A DNA stretch of 64,000 nucleotides from Microgenomates group bacterium Gr01-1014_7 (lineage in GTDB: Bacteria; Patescibacteriota; Microgenomatia; Daviesbacterales; UBA10151): contig VMGD01000001.1 in assembly GCA_007376405.1 (NCBI GenBank), positions 2,891 to 66,890 of the forward strand. The letters are read 5' to 3'. A model generated the notes under the pieces. The model was not told the DNA's origin and searched no databases. It worked only from the letters and a program-made list of their open reading frames with translations. Each line of letters starts with the position of its first letter. Positions within the stretch are counted from its first letter, which is position 1. The position numbers and the translations under genes were made by a program. Shown here in pieces: positions 38,010-47,260 of the stretch.

Positions 38010-38713
38010 AATCCTCTAAAACCAACACTTAAAATAGTTTTTAGAAATAAAAAACCATCCTTAAAAGGAATTAATTTTGAGTTACCAACTACACGAGTCT
38101 TATAATCAATGGGGACACAAATAATTTTATAATTTTTTTGAGCTGCTTTAATAATCACTTCTGCCTCATATCCATAATGATTTATTTGCATATTAATATC
38201 CTCCAAAGCTTTCTTCTTAAATGCCTTAAATCCTGCTGGCATATCTGTAATCCTTTGCCCACTGAAACATGAAGTAAGAAGTGAAAGAGCATAAATGCCG
38301 ATACGTCTCAGTCTGGTCACAGAACCTTTTTCAGGATTACCACCCTTTTCATACCGACTACCCAGAGCAACATCATAACCGCTAAGAAGAGGTTCCACAA
38401 GTTTAGGTATATCATAGGGCATAAACTGATAATCAGCATCCATTTGGACAATTATGTCACCTTTGGCAGAAGGAAGGGCAAGTCGGAGAGCTGCTCCTTT
38501 TCCCAGCCATTTACCGGTATGAATAACCTTAGCTCCTGCTTTTTTTGCAACCTCTCCTGTATGATCTGTCGTCTTACTATCAAGCACAACTAAAACTTCC
38601 AGCTTATATTTTTTGATCTTTATGGTTTCTCTAATAGTTCTTTCTATATTTTTTTCTTCATTCAAAGCAGCAATCATGACAGATACAAATGGGTGTTCAC
38701 TTCTCTTTTTCAT
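38006..38713 (-). CDS. GT2-family polyprenyl-phosphate glycosyltransferase-like
   Basis: VSVMIAALNEEKNIERTI...VVLDSKTTDHT...VQMDADYQF. Confidence 0.75.
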   Translation of the reverse strand: MKKRSEHPFVSVMIAALNEEKNIERTIRETIKIKKYKLEVLVVLDSKTTDHTGEVAKKAGAKVIHTGKWLGKGAALRLALPSAKGDIIVQMDADYQFMPYDIPKLVEPLLSGYDVALGSRYEKGGNPEKGSVTRLRRIGIYALSLLTSCFSGQRITDMPAGFKAFKKKALEDINMQINHYGYEAEVIIKAAQKNYKIICVPIDYKTRVVGNSKLIPFKDGFLFLKTILSVGFRGL

Positions 38714-38741
38714 ATGCTTAAATACATGTGTACTATACTAT

Positions 38742-38760
38742 ATAATCATTATATGATTAT
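38742..38760. promoter_or_regulatory. Perfect inverted repeat ATAATCAT-N3-ATGATTAT overlapping a TATAAT-like box upstream of the GT2 gene at 38713
   Basis: 8-bp arms, 3-bp spacer, about 30-45 bp upstream of the minus-strand start codon in the only sizeable intergenic gap (127 bp) in this stretch. Read on the minus strand, the centre contains TATAAT. Confidence 0.3.
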
Positions 38761-38840
38761 TATCAAATCTCTGTACTGGATTTTCTTTGTTACAAACTGA
38801 TAATCCTGCTTAGTTAACCAGGTAGGTATTCTCTTATCTA

Positions 38841-40112
38841 TCATTTATTTTTAGCAGGTTTCTTTATTCCTACCAATTGCTGAATAGAGTTCCTTCCTCC
38901 TCTGGCTACCCCCCACAAATCCACTACTTCAACCTTTTTAGGTATCACCATTCCTTTATAATTAGAATGTGGAACAGCCACAATTACAACATCACAAATC
39001 TCCATTAGTTTATTTTTGGAAACAAAGTCAGAATTTTTGGCAAATTCATCTGAATAATAAACATCAGCACCATTAAATCTTAAGATCTTTCCTAACTTGT
39101 ACGAAAGTGAGTCTCGTATATCATCTATATCCGCTTTAAATGTCATGCCTAAAATACCTACTTTAGTTTTTGTTAAATCATATCTTCTCTTTAAGTCTTC
39201 CACTATAAAGTTAGGAAGACCTTCATTTATCATCATGGCTGCGTGTCCCAATAAAAAGTTATTAGCATCAAAAGCTGCCAGCTGCATTGTATCTTTTAAA
39301 AGACAAGGACCTGCTGCAAACCCGGCTGAAGGGAGATTGGCCGCTCTTGCGTAACCTTCTTTCATAGCCCAACGTACTCTTTCATAATCAACACCAAATT
39401 TCTGAGAGATCATATAAAACTGATTCGCTAAGGCGAATTGAATATACCTCCAGGCATTTGAAAATAATTTAACCAGTTCTGCCTCTCCCATTGAAGTTTT
39501 GATAATTTTTGGAGCAATCATATTAAACAATGCGGATGCACTTTCTATTGCATGGTCACTTAATCCTGCTATAACTTGAGGTAATTCCCTCAGTTCTTGA
39601 GTAGCATACCCTTGAGTAATACGCTCAGGACAATATGCAATATGCCACTGTTTACCATTTTCCAGCATTCTCAGTAATTGTTCACAGGTATTCGGATAGA
39701 CGGTGCTTCTGATAATTATTACTTGATTGGGGCTTAGATATTTTCTTACACTTTCAAAAAAATCCAAAAAAGCCCTAGTTCTTGGGGTAAGGTGTTCGTC
39801 TACAGGAGTACCAAGAGTTACTATCACGTATTTAGCTTTAGAAATATCTTTAATGTTAAGCGATACTGATAATCTTTGTTCTTTTAAAACTTTCTCCAAT
39901 ATTTCTTGCGCTCCATGCTCTATAAAAGGCATCCTGCCTTTGCGAACCATTTCACCTTTTTTCTTATCAATATCATAAAGACATACCTTTAATCCTTTTT
40001 CGGCAAAAGCTATCCCTAGCGGGAGACCAACATGACCCAACCCACCTATAATAACTAAGTCGTAGGCGGTATTAGAAATATTTTTTGGCATAGGTTTAAT
40101 TGTCACGATCAT
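38841..40112 (-). CDS. Nucleotide-sugar 6-dehydrogenase (UDP-glucose / UDP-N-acetyl-mannosamine dehydrogenase family)
   Basis: LVIIGGLGHVGLPLG (Rossmann motif), catalytic GFAAGPCLLKDT, and the C-terminal GMTFKADIDDIRDS UDP-binding domain. Confidence 0.85.
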   Translation of the reverse strand: MIVTIKPMPKNISNTAYDLVIIGGLGHVGLPLGIAFAEKGLKVCLYDIDKKKGEMVRKGRMPFIEHGAQEILEKVLKEQRLSVSLNIKDISKAKYVIVTLGTPVDEHLTPRTRAFLDFFESVRKYLSPNQVIIIRSTVYPNTCEQLLRMLENGKQWHIAYCPERITQGYATQELRELPQVIAGLSDHAIESASALFNMIAPKIIKTSMGEAELVKLFSNAWRYIQFALANQFYMISQKFGVDYERVRWAMKEGYARAANLPSAGFAAGPCLLKDTMQLAAFDANNFLLGHAAMMINEGLPNFIVEDLKRRYDLTKTKVGILGMTFKADIDDIRDSLSYKLGKILRFNGADVYYSDEFAKNSDFVSKNKLMEICDVVIVAVPHSNYKGMVIPKKVEVVDLWGVARGGRNSIQQLVGIKKPAKNK

Positions 40113-40199
40113 ATCATAATCATTTGCTATTTTGTAGGTACTTTATGATGTTATTGCTAATCTTCTGAAATAATCATAGACTAATAAAGATCAAAACTT

Positions 40200-40934
40200 A
40201 TGTCCAAAAGAATCAACAAAATATATCTTAGCGTTATTGTACCCGTCTATAATGAGGGTACTAATATAACAAAATTTATTTATGGTCTAGAGAGCTCAGT
40301 TAATATAAAACACGAAGTATTAATCATATATGATTTCGATGAGGATAATACTATGCCTGTTGTAAAAAGACTTAAAAGAAAGTTTAAAAATATCAAACTG
40401 ATAAAAAATATTTTTGAATCTGGCTTAATTAATGCATGCAAAACCGGATTTAAAAAAGCTAACGGTAATTTTCTGGTAGTAATGTCGGGAGATCTTGCTG
40501 ATGAACCAAAGACTATCAATAAAATGTACGAATTAGCAAAAAAAGGGTATGACATAGTTTGTGCAACTCGTTATTCCAAAGGCGGAAAACAGCTAGGTGG
40601 AAGTTTAGTAAAAACTTATCTCTCAAAATTTGCAGGACTAACCACACCCATACTGCTAGGTATTCCTACTTCAGATTTAACCAACGGTTTTAAAATGTAT
40701 AACCGAAAAATTTTTAAAAAAATAAAAATTGAGTCACAGGGAGGTTGGGAGTTTACTATGGAAATTTTAATCAAAGCTCATTTTTTAGGTTTCAAGATTA
40801 CAGAAACTCCCTCAACCTGGTATGAAAGAACTTTAGGCAAATCTAAATTTAAGCTTTTAAAGTGGTTACCAAAATATATTTACTGGTACTTTTGGGGTAT
40901 TTCTCAAAGATCGAAATTACTCTTGAATAGATAA
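40200..40934 (+). CDS. GT2-family polyprenyl-phosphate glycosyltransferase-like (DPM1/GtrB type)
   Basis: LSVIVPVYNEGTNI...VMSGDLADEP...TNGFK. Confidence 0.75.
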   Translation: MSKRINKIYLSVIVPVYNEGTNITKFIYGLESSVNIKHEVLIIYDFDEDNTMPVVKRLKRKFKNIKLIKNIFESGLINACKTGFKKANGNFLVVMSGDLADEPKTINKMYELAKKGYDIVCATRYSKGGKQLGGSLVKTYLSKFAGLTTPILLGIPTSDLTNGFKMYNRKIFKKIKIESQGGWEFTMEILIKAHFLGFKITETPSTWYERTLGKSKFKLLKWLPKYIYWYFWGISQRSKLLLNR

Positions 40935-41773
40935 AGACCTTCATCAATAGAATGAAGTACATTCTCTCCAAATTTTTTTCTAAACTTTGATGTATCCAGC
41001 CAACAAAATTTAGTTCTTAAAGCATTCTTTTCTTTAAAAAATTCCTCAAAGGATATTCCTTTTACCAAATTTTCATTTAGATTAAAAATCTTTGCCAATT
41101 TTTTTACGAATTCATAATTTGTAACATAATCTCTTGCTCCTAAATGATAAATGCCATAACTTCCAGATTCAAGTAGCAAATCAACTGCTGCAACAACATC
41201 ATCAACGTATATTGGATTAACTACCTGATCAATCACTCCATAAAACTTTTCTCCCTTTTTGAGAGTCTCAATGGCAGTTTGGACAAATCTCTTTCTTTTA
41301 GTAAATTTGCGTGAATAGACCATAATAACTCTAACTATACAATTTCTCTCAAATGCATTCATAACCATTTGCTCACCTAGTAGTTTTGATTTACCGTATG
41401 AAGATACAGGATGAGGTTTATCATCCTCAGTATAAGACTTCTCGCTTTTAGAACCGTCAAAAACTGCATCAGTAGAAAAATAGAGAATAGGAATACCCAT
41501 GGATGCGGCAAACTTTGCAATGTGAGCAGGTGCGTGGACATTCAATGAATAAGCTAATTCAGGAAATTTCTCTGCCTCGTCCATACTGGTAAGACCTGCA
41601 GCATAGATAATATAATTAGGTTTAGATCTTTTTATAATTTGTTCAATTTGCTTGTTATTAGAAACATCAATTTGTAGATGAGAAGGAGCAACTATTTGAT
41701 ACTTAAGGCTCAAAAGCTCTCTTACTCTAGAGCCGATTAATCCACTTCCTCCAAAGATCAGAACTTTTAACAT
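40904..41773 (-). CDS. dTDP-4-dehydrorhamnose reductase-like (RmlD family) NDP-4-keto-6-deoxyhexose reductase
   Basis: VLIFGGSGLIGS, FSTDAVFDG and SSYGKSKLLGEQ align with the RmlD blocks (YSTDYVFPG; VYGKTKLAGEK). Confidence 0.75.
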   Translation of the reverse strand: MLKVLIFGGSGLIGSRVRELLSLKYQIVAPSHLQIDVSNNKQIEQIIKRSKPNYIIYAAGLTSMDEAEKFPELAYSLNVHAPAHIAKFAASMGIPILYFSTDAVFDGSKSEKSYTEDDKPHPVSSYGKSKLLGEQMVMNAFERNCIVRVIMVYSRKFTKRKRFVQTAIETLKKGEKFYGVIDQVVNPIYVDDVVAAVDLLLESGSYGIYHLGARDYVTNYEFVKKLAKIFNLNENLVKGISFEEFFKEKNALRTKFCWLDTSKFRKKFGENVLHSIDEGLYLFKSNFDL

Positions 41774-41784
41774 GATAAAAAAAC

Positions 41785-43707
41785 TTAGTTAGATATACCT
41801 ATTTCTTGTAAAATTTCACTTTTTATATCATATACATTCCTATTTTTTAACCTAAAAGCATAAAATCTCTTGGGTTTATAAAATACATTTTTATATAAAA
41901 CACCCTTTTCTCCATTTCGCAAAGTGACATAACTTTTGAGCTTACCCAGACAATTAACATTGGCTCCGGTACAATAAACATTTGTTTCAGAACCGAGATC
42001 CATGTTTCTTATATACTCCGGAGTAATCCCATCCAGCGGCATACTTCTACCCCTAAATCTAATCCAGGTAGGAAAACCTGCTATTATTGTTGTTTCAAGA
42101 AAATATCCATTTTCACGATCCTCTTCATCAAAATAAAATAAGGTGGGTTCTTTCAAATCAAAATTGCCCATATAAGATAATAGTTCACTTTTTATTCTTT
42201 TTTGCTGCTCTCCGTTCATACCTGAATCATTTAACTCTTGATTAAAATACTTACCTACTATATAAAAATTGAATTGAATTATGGGTATAATTATTAATAA
42301 AATGAGCCAAGAAAAATTATTTAAGAATTTTGTATTTTTAATTTTTTCATAAAAAAGTGTAATAAGTGCGGCGATAAAAAAGGAAGAGCCAATCGCCGGA
42401 ATTGCCAAATACCTGTGAACTCCTGCTACAATTAAAGTGTAATCTGAAGGGAGCCAAGTTACAAAAATCATAAGAAAGGCTATAGCCGGGCCTATGAAAA
42501 GATATAAAAGATAACCTCCTTTTCTATCATTTAATAGCCATTCAATTAGCAATGATAGAGTCAAAGACATGATAAATACCCCTATCAGCGCGGGCTTCAG
42601 AAACATGGTGTCAAAAGATAGTCTTAAAGCTTCAACTTTGAAGAGTTGGTGACTTGCTAGTATGTAAACTATGGCACCCAATGCGATAGCCAAAAAAGAG
42701 TTTATTAATATAAATCTTAGCCGTTTTTTTAAGATAAGTATGCTTAAAAAGACTGTAAAAATGAGGAAAGTCGAAAATGGCCCTAAAAAGAATCCTAGAT
42801 ATCCGCCAAATCCATTTAAAGCATATTTGTCAGAACCTATCAGTCCCCAATATTCTCTTGGAAAGAATAGACTTGCCAGGGAAATTGGAGGATTTAGAGC
42901 GAGCTGCCAATATCCCTCTGCGATCTTTTGGAAAATAGTTTTGGTATTACCAAAAAAACTTGATATCCCACCAAATTGGCTAGGTCCGCCAAAATGAACC
43001 AGAAAATATAACAATAGTAAAGGAGAAAAAAATACAATTTGTCTTATAACGGAAGATTTTACAATTGATCTAGAAAATTTTTGACTTAGCATCCAAAAAA
43101 ACTCCCCCAAAAATATTAAAGGTATTAAAGGATACATCCTTTCAGTGGCAATAAATAACGTCAAAGGGAATAAGAAAGCACCAACAATTAACCATATCAC
43201 TCCACTTTTATTATTCTTTACTATTAAGATATAGTATGTGGCAAATATATTCATCAATGTTATCCCTATATAGTAACCACTAACCTGTGCTGAATACAAA
43301 GGTGCTACTGCAGAATAGGCAACAGCATAAAGAATTGTGGCTAAAGCTGCCAGTAATCTTTTGCCGGTAAAAGCTAAAACCAAAGGGAATAAAGTGATGG
43401 CAGATAAAAATTTAAAAAAATGGTTGGCTTTATGTATGTTTATGAAATTAAAACCATCAATTGGAAAAAAATGCTCTAAAATTCCCATATAATAAACTCC
43501 GTATGTGTAAACTCCCACGCCTTTCCAAACTTGATATATTTTGGCAAGAGGTGCCTCACCCAGTATTTTATATTGATACAAATATCCCCAATCCACATCT
43601 GCAAAACCATATCTTAAGTGAGGAGCAAGAAGTTTAGATTCGAGAAAAAAGATCAGAGGAATAATAACAATAAAGATTAGAAGTGAGCGGGGAATCCTAT
43701 GTATCAT
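41785..43707 (-). CDS. Large polytopic membrane protein, member 6 of the GT-C-like family
   Basis: ADVDWGYLY acidic loop motif, VAGVHRYLAIPAIG (nearly identical to member 2), and a C-terminal soluble domain. Confidence 0.5.
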   Translation of the reverse strand: MIHRIPRSLLIFIVIIPLIFFLESKLLAPHLRYGFADVDWGYLYQYKILGEAPLAKIYQVWKGVGVYTYGVYYMGILEHFFPIDGFNFINIHKANHFFKFLSAITLFPLVLAFTGKRLLAALATILYAVAYSAVAPLYSAQVSGYYIGITLMNIFATYYILIVKNNKSGVIWLIVGAFLFPLTLFIATERMYPLIPLIFLGEFFWMLSQKFSRSIVKSSVIRQIVFFSPLLLLYFLVHFGGPSQFGGISSFFGNTKTIFQKIAEGYWQLALNPPISLASLFFPREYWGLIGSDKYALNGFGGYLGFFLGPFSTFLIFTVFLSILILKKRLRFILINSFLAIALGAIVYILASHQLFKVEALRLSFDTMFLKPALIGVFIMSLTLSLLIEWLLNDRKGGYLLYLFIGPAIAFLMIFVTWLPSDYTLIVAGVHRYLAIPAIGSSFFIAALITLFYEKIKNTKFLNNFSWLILLIIIPIIQFNFYIVGKYFNQELNDSGMNGEQQKRIKSELLSYMGNFDLKEPTLFYFDEEDRENGYFLETTIIAGFPTWIRFRGRSMPLDGITPEYIRNMDLGSETNVYCTGANVNCLGKLKSYVTLRNGEKGVLYKNVFYKPKRFYAFRLKNRNVYDIKSEILQEIGISN

Positions 43708-43708
43708 T

Positions 43709-44236
43709 TTAAAGCTTTTGCAGGTTTATATCAATTGAATTAATAACATGTTGAACCAGCATCCAAAAGCTTGAGTTTGCAGGATATTTATCTCTTAATT
43801 TTTCTAAAATAATTTTATCTTCTTTATATAAATCTGCTAGACTTTGTCTATTATTATTTAGTTTTTTCCCAGCAACATAATCTGTTAAAACCCCCACCTG
43901 ATATGATACTCTTTGGGTAGACTTTTCTACTTGATCCAGATAATCTTTATCAACAATATATTTTAATTCCGCCATACGAGTTTGCACTAGATCTTTATAG
44001 TAGCCTGCCTTACTATTAGAATCAATATATAAATTGACCTTGATTTTTTCGGTTATTCTTTTGAGAGGATAATAAAAAGATTCTGGGGTAATTTTAACAG
44101 GAGGTAAATCAGGCTGGTTTGCATATACTGGAAAAGCTGCATAAACTATAATGACACTTGTTAACAAAAAAAGTAAGGGTATTTTTTTCATGTCGCTACT
44201 TGAGAGAATTATAAATGAATGGTAGATTATACACAA
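43709..44236 (-). CDS. Hypothetical secreted or membrane-anchored protein
   Basis: The internal Met gives MKKIPLLFLLTSVIIVYAAFPVYA (a signal peptide or anchor). The ORF sits immediately upstream of membrane family member 6 in the same operon. Confidence 0.5.
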   Translation of the reverse strand: MCIIYHSFIILSSSDMKKIPLLFLLTSVIIVYAAFPVYANQPDLPPVKITPESFYYPLKRITEKIKVNLYIDSNSKAGYYKDLVQTRMAELKYIVDKDYLDQVEKSTQRVSYQVGVLTDYVAGKKLNNNRQSLADLYKEDKIILEKLRDKYPANSSFWMLVQHVINSIDINLQKL

Positions 44237-44246
44237 CCTTTAATAT

Positions 44247-45056
44247 ATGATAAAAGATAGATACTGGCAACTACCAATCTATGAAATACATGAATTTAGA
44301 AAAAAACAAACCAAATATTGTATTTGTATTCCAGTTTTGAATGAAGGGGAAGAAATTAAAAAACAGCTCCAAAGAATGCTACCCTTTTCCAAGCAGGCAG
44401 ATATTGTTATTGCCGATTGGGGTTCAACCGATGGATCAACCGATCCAAAATTTTTAAAAAAAATAGGCGTTAGAACGAAACTTTTATTAAAAAGTCCAGG
44501 AAGACAAGGGACACAACTTAGAATGGGATTTTCATATGCTTTAAAACAAGGATATGAAGGAATAATTCAGATAGATGGAAACAATAAAGACGGAGTGGAA
44601 GCAATCCCAAATTTTATCAATGCACTTGATGAAGGTTTTGATTATGTACAAGGGTCAAGATTTATAAAGGGCGGAAAAGCCATTAATACTCCCCCTCTTC
44701 GTTTTCTTGCAGTAAGACTTCTGGCAGCTCCTATTTTAAGTTTAGGGGCAGGGTTTTGGTATACGGATGTAACAAATGGTTTCAGGGGTTATAGTAAAAG
44801 ATATTTTCTTCATCCAAAAGTCCAACCATTTAGAGATATATTTGTCAGGTATGAATTCAATATGTATTTAACAGTAAGAGCAAATCAGCTGGGATTAAAA
44901 ACAAAAGAGATTCCCGTTTCAAGAACTTATCCAAAGGGAAAGGTTCATACCAAAATCTCATTTTTAAAAGGCAACTTCGATTTCTTATTATCTCAACTTA
45001 AAGCAGCTTTCGGCTACTATAACCCAAAATGTAGTAAAATATCAAAATCCATATGA
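44247..45056 (+). CDS. GT2-like glycosyltransferase (divergent)
   Basis: CICIPVLNEGEEI...VIADWGSTDGSTD resembles the GT2 N-terminal nucleotide-binding region. The DxD block is atypical. Confidence 0.5.
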   Translation: MIKDRYWQLPIYEIHEFRKKQTKYCICIPVLNEGEEIKKQLQRMLPFSKQADIVIADWGSTDGSTDPKFLKKIGVRTKLLLKSPGRQGTQLRMGFSYALKQGYEGIIQIDGNNKDGVEAIPNFINALDEGFDYVQGSRFIKGGKAINTPPLRFLAVRLLAAPILSLGAGFWYTDVTNGFRGYSKRYFLHPKVQPFRDIFVRYEFNMYLTVRANQLGLKTKEIPVSRTYPKGKVHTKISFLKGNFDFLLSQLKAAFGYYNPKCSKISKSI

Positions 45057-46177
45057 AATTTAAAAATATTTTGGTAACAGGTGGCGCAGGTTTTATCGGT
45101 TCTCATCTTGTAGATAAATTAGTTTCTGAAGGATACAAAGTAAGAATTCTAGACAACTTAACTCGCCAAGTGCATCAGGGGAAAATTCCAAAATATATAA
45201 GCAAGAAGGCAGAGTTTATAAAAGGTGATGTTACAAAAAAAGAAGATTTGGAAAAAGCCCTAAAAGATATTGATACCGTATTTCATGAAGCGGCAGTTGT
45301 CGGAGTTGGACAAAGCATGTATGAAATAGAGCATTATATTTATAACAATACTTTGGGTACCGCAAGACTTTTAGATTTTCTCGCAAATAACAAACATAAA
45401 GTTAAAAGAATGCTTGTTGCCTCATCTATGAGTGCTTATGGAGAAGGTTTATACAAATGCCAAAAGTGTGGATTAGTTCGTCCTCCCTTGAGATCTGATG
45501 AGCAGATGAGTAAAAGAGAGTGGGAGTTAATTTGTCCAAATTGCAAAAGATTACTGAAACCTGTTGGCATACCGGAAAACCAGCCTTTTTCTTGCAATTC
45601 AGTTTATGCAGTAACAAAGCAATCCCAAGAAGATATGGTGATGATTTTTGGCAAAGCTTATGGGATTCCAGCTACGGCTCTTCGGTGTTTTAATGTATAT
45701 GGACCCAGACAATCATTATCTAACCCATACACAGGCGTTGCTGCTATTTTTTTATCAAGGCTAAAAAACAGTCACCCGCCAATTGTGTATGAGGATGGTT
45801 TGCAAACTAGAGATTTTATATCAGTCTACGACATCGCGGATGCAAATGTAGTTTGCCTTGATGATGAAAGGTCATTTGGGAAGGTATTTAATTTGGGGAC
45901 CGGAAAACCTATTTCCATAAAAGAAATTGCTGAAATTTTGGCAAAACTTTTAAAGAAAAACATAAAACCAGAGATCACAGAAAAATTCAGATCTGGCGAT
46001 GTGAGACACTGCACTGCAGATATTTCATTGATTGAAAAAATTTTAAGATGGAAACCTAAATGGAGTTTTGAAGAAGGAATGAAAGACTTAATCGAATGGG
46101 GAGAAAAGATCGAAGCAAAAGATTTATTTGACCAAGCCTCAAAGGAGTTAAATGCAAAAGGATTACTTAAGACTTAG
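45053..46177 (+). CDS. NAD-dependent nucleotide-sugar epimerase/dehydratase with an inserted Cys4 zinc-ribbon
   Basis: [27 protein letters not shown] and YAVTKQSQE (YxxxK). A CQKCG...(24 aa)...CPNCKRL insertion sits between the catalytic Ser and Tyr regions. Confidence 0.75.
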   Translation: MKFKNILVTGGAGFIGSHLVDKLVSEGYKVRILDNLTRQVHQGKIPKYISKKAEFIKGDVTKKEDLEKALKDIDTVFHEAAVVGVGQSMYEIEHYIYNNTLGTARLLDFLANNKHKVKRMLVASSMSAYGEGLYKCQKCGLVRPPLRSDEQMSKREWELICPNCKRLLKPVGIPENQPFSCNSVYAVTKQSQEDMVMIFGKAYGIPATALRCFNVYGPRQSLSNPYTGVAAIFLSRLKNSHPPIVYEDGLQTRDFISVYDIADANVVCLDDERSFGKVFNLGTGKPISIKEIAEILAKLLKKNIKPEITEKFRSGDVRHCTADISLIEKILRWKPKWSFEEGMKDLIEWGEKIEAKDLFDQASKELNAKGLLKT

Positions 46178-47255
46178 AATTTCTATACAAAACAGCATAT
46201 CTGCAAAGTTCTTCTAGGATTTGATCTGAAGTATATGTATACTCCCATTTTGGGAAATGGCTTTTAAATTTAGAAACATCCGAAATATACCAAATATGAT
46301 CACCTATTCTGTTTTTGGGATTATATTTAACTTTTGCTTTTTTACCTAAAATTTTTTCAATTTTTTCTATTGCATCCAAAACCGAAATGTTGGAATGTCT
46401 TGATCCGCCAATATTGTAAACTTCACCTTTTCTTGGATTTAAATAAAAATGATAAAAAGCATTCACCACATCATATGAGTGAAGATTATCCCTCACTTGT
46501 TTTCCTTTATATCCAAAAATTGTATATTCTTTATTATCTGCGATACTGCTTACTAAATAAGCAAGGAACCCATGTAATTGAGCAGGTGAATGAGCCGGTC
46601 CTGTTAAACAACCGCCTCTGAAAATTCCCGTAGGTAACCCAAAATATTTTCCATATTCTTGAACCATTAAGTCTGCAGCTGTTTTGGAAACTCCAAAAAT
46701 TGAGTGAGTATTATCATCCAAACTCATACTCTCATCTATACCGTTATAAGATTTGTGATTTTTAGACAGTTCATAACGGGAATTTAACTCTACAAACGGA
46801 AACCTATTAGGATTATCTCCGTAAACTTTGTTTGTTGAACAATAAATAAAAACAGCATTAGGGGTAAACTTTCTGTAAGCTTCCAGTAAAATAAGAGTGC
46901 CCAAAGCATTTATAGTAAAGTCAGTTAAAGGCTCTTTAGCAGCCCAGTCGTGTGAAGGTTGGGCAGCCGCATGAATGATTAAATCAATTGTGTTATTCTT
47001 AAAAATTTCCTCAATTTTCTTTTGATTCCTAATATCAACACTGTAATGTTTATAATCCCTAATTTCTTTTTCTAGTTTTCTTTTGTTCCAAGCCGTTGAG
47101 GCAGAAGGCCCAAAAAAATATTTTCTGGCATCATTATCTATCCCTATAACCTTAAACCCCTTATCAGAAAAAAATCTCACAGCTTCAGACCCTATTAGCC
47201 CTGCAGAACCAGTTATCAAAACATTTTTCTTTTTACCCTTATCCATGGTTTTCAA
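46167..47255 (-). CDS. CDP-paratose 2-epimerase (tyvelose epimerase)-like NAD-dependent SDR
   Basis: [39 protein letters not shown] and [20 protein letters not shown] resemble the CDP-tyvelose 2-epimerase blocks ([12 protein letters not shown]; YGCSKGAADQ). Confidence 0.65.
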   Translation of the reverse strand: MKTMDKGKKKNVLITGSAGLIGSEAVRFFSDKGFKVIGIDNDARKYFFGPSASTAWNKRKLEKEIRDYKHYSVDIRNQKKIEEIFKNNTIDLIIHAAAQPSHDWAAKEPLTDFTINALGTLILLEAYRKFTPNAVFIYCSTNKVYGDNPNRFPFVELNSRYELSKNHKSYNGIDESMSLDDNTHSIFGVSKTAADLMVQEYGKYFGLPTGIFRGGCLTGPAHSPAQLHGFLAYLVSSIADNKEYTIFGYKGKQVRDNLHSYDVVNAFYHFYLNPRKGEVYNIGGSRHSNISVLDAIEKIEKILGKKAKVKYNPKNRIGDHIWYISDVSKFKSHFPKWEYTYTSDQILEELCRYAVLYRNSKS

Positions 47256-47260
47256 CTATA

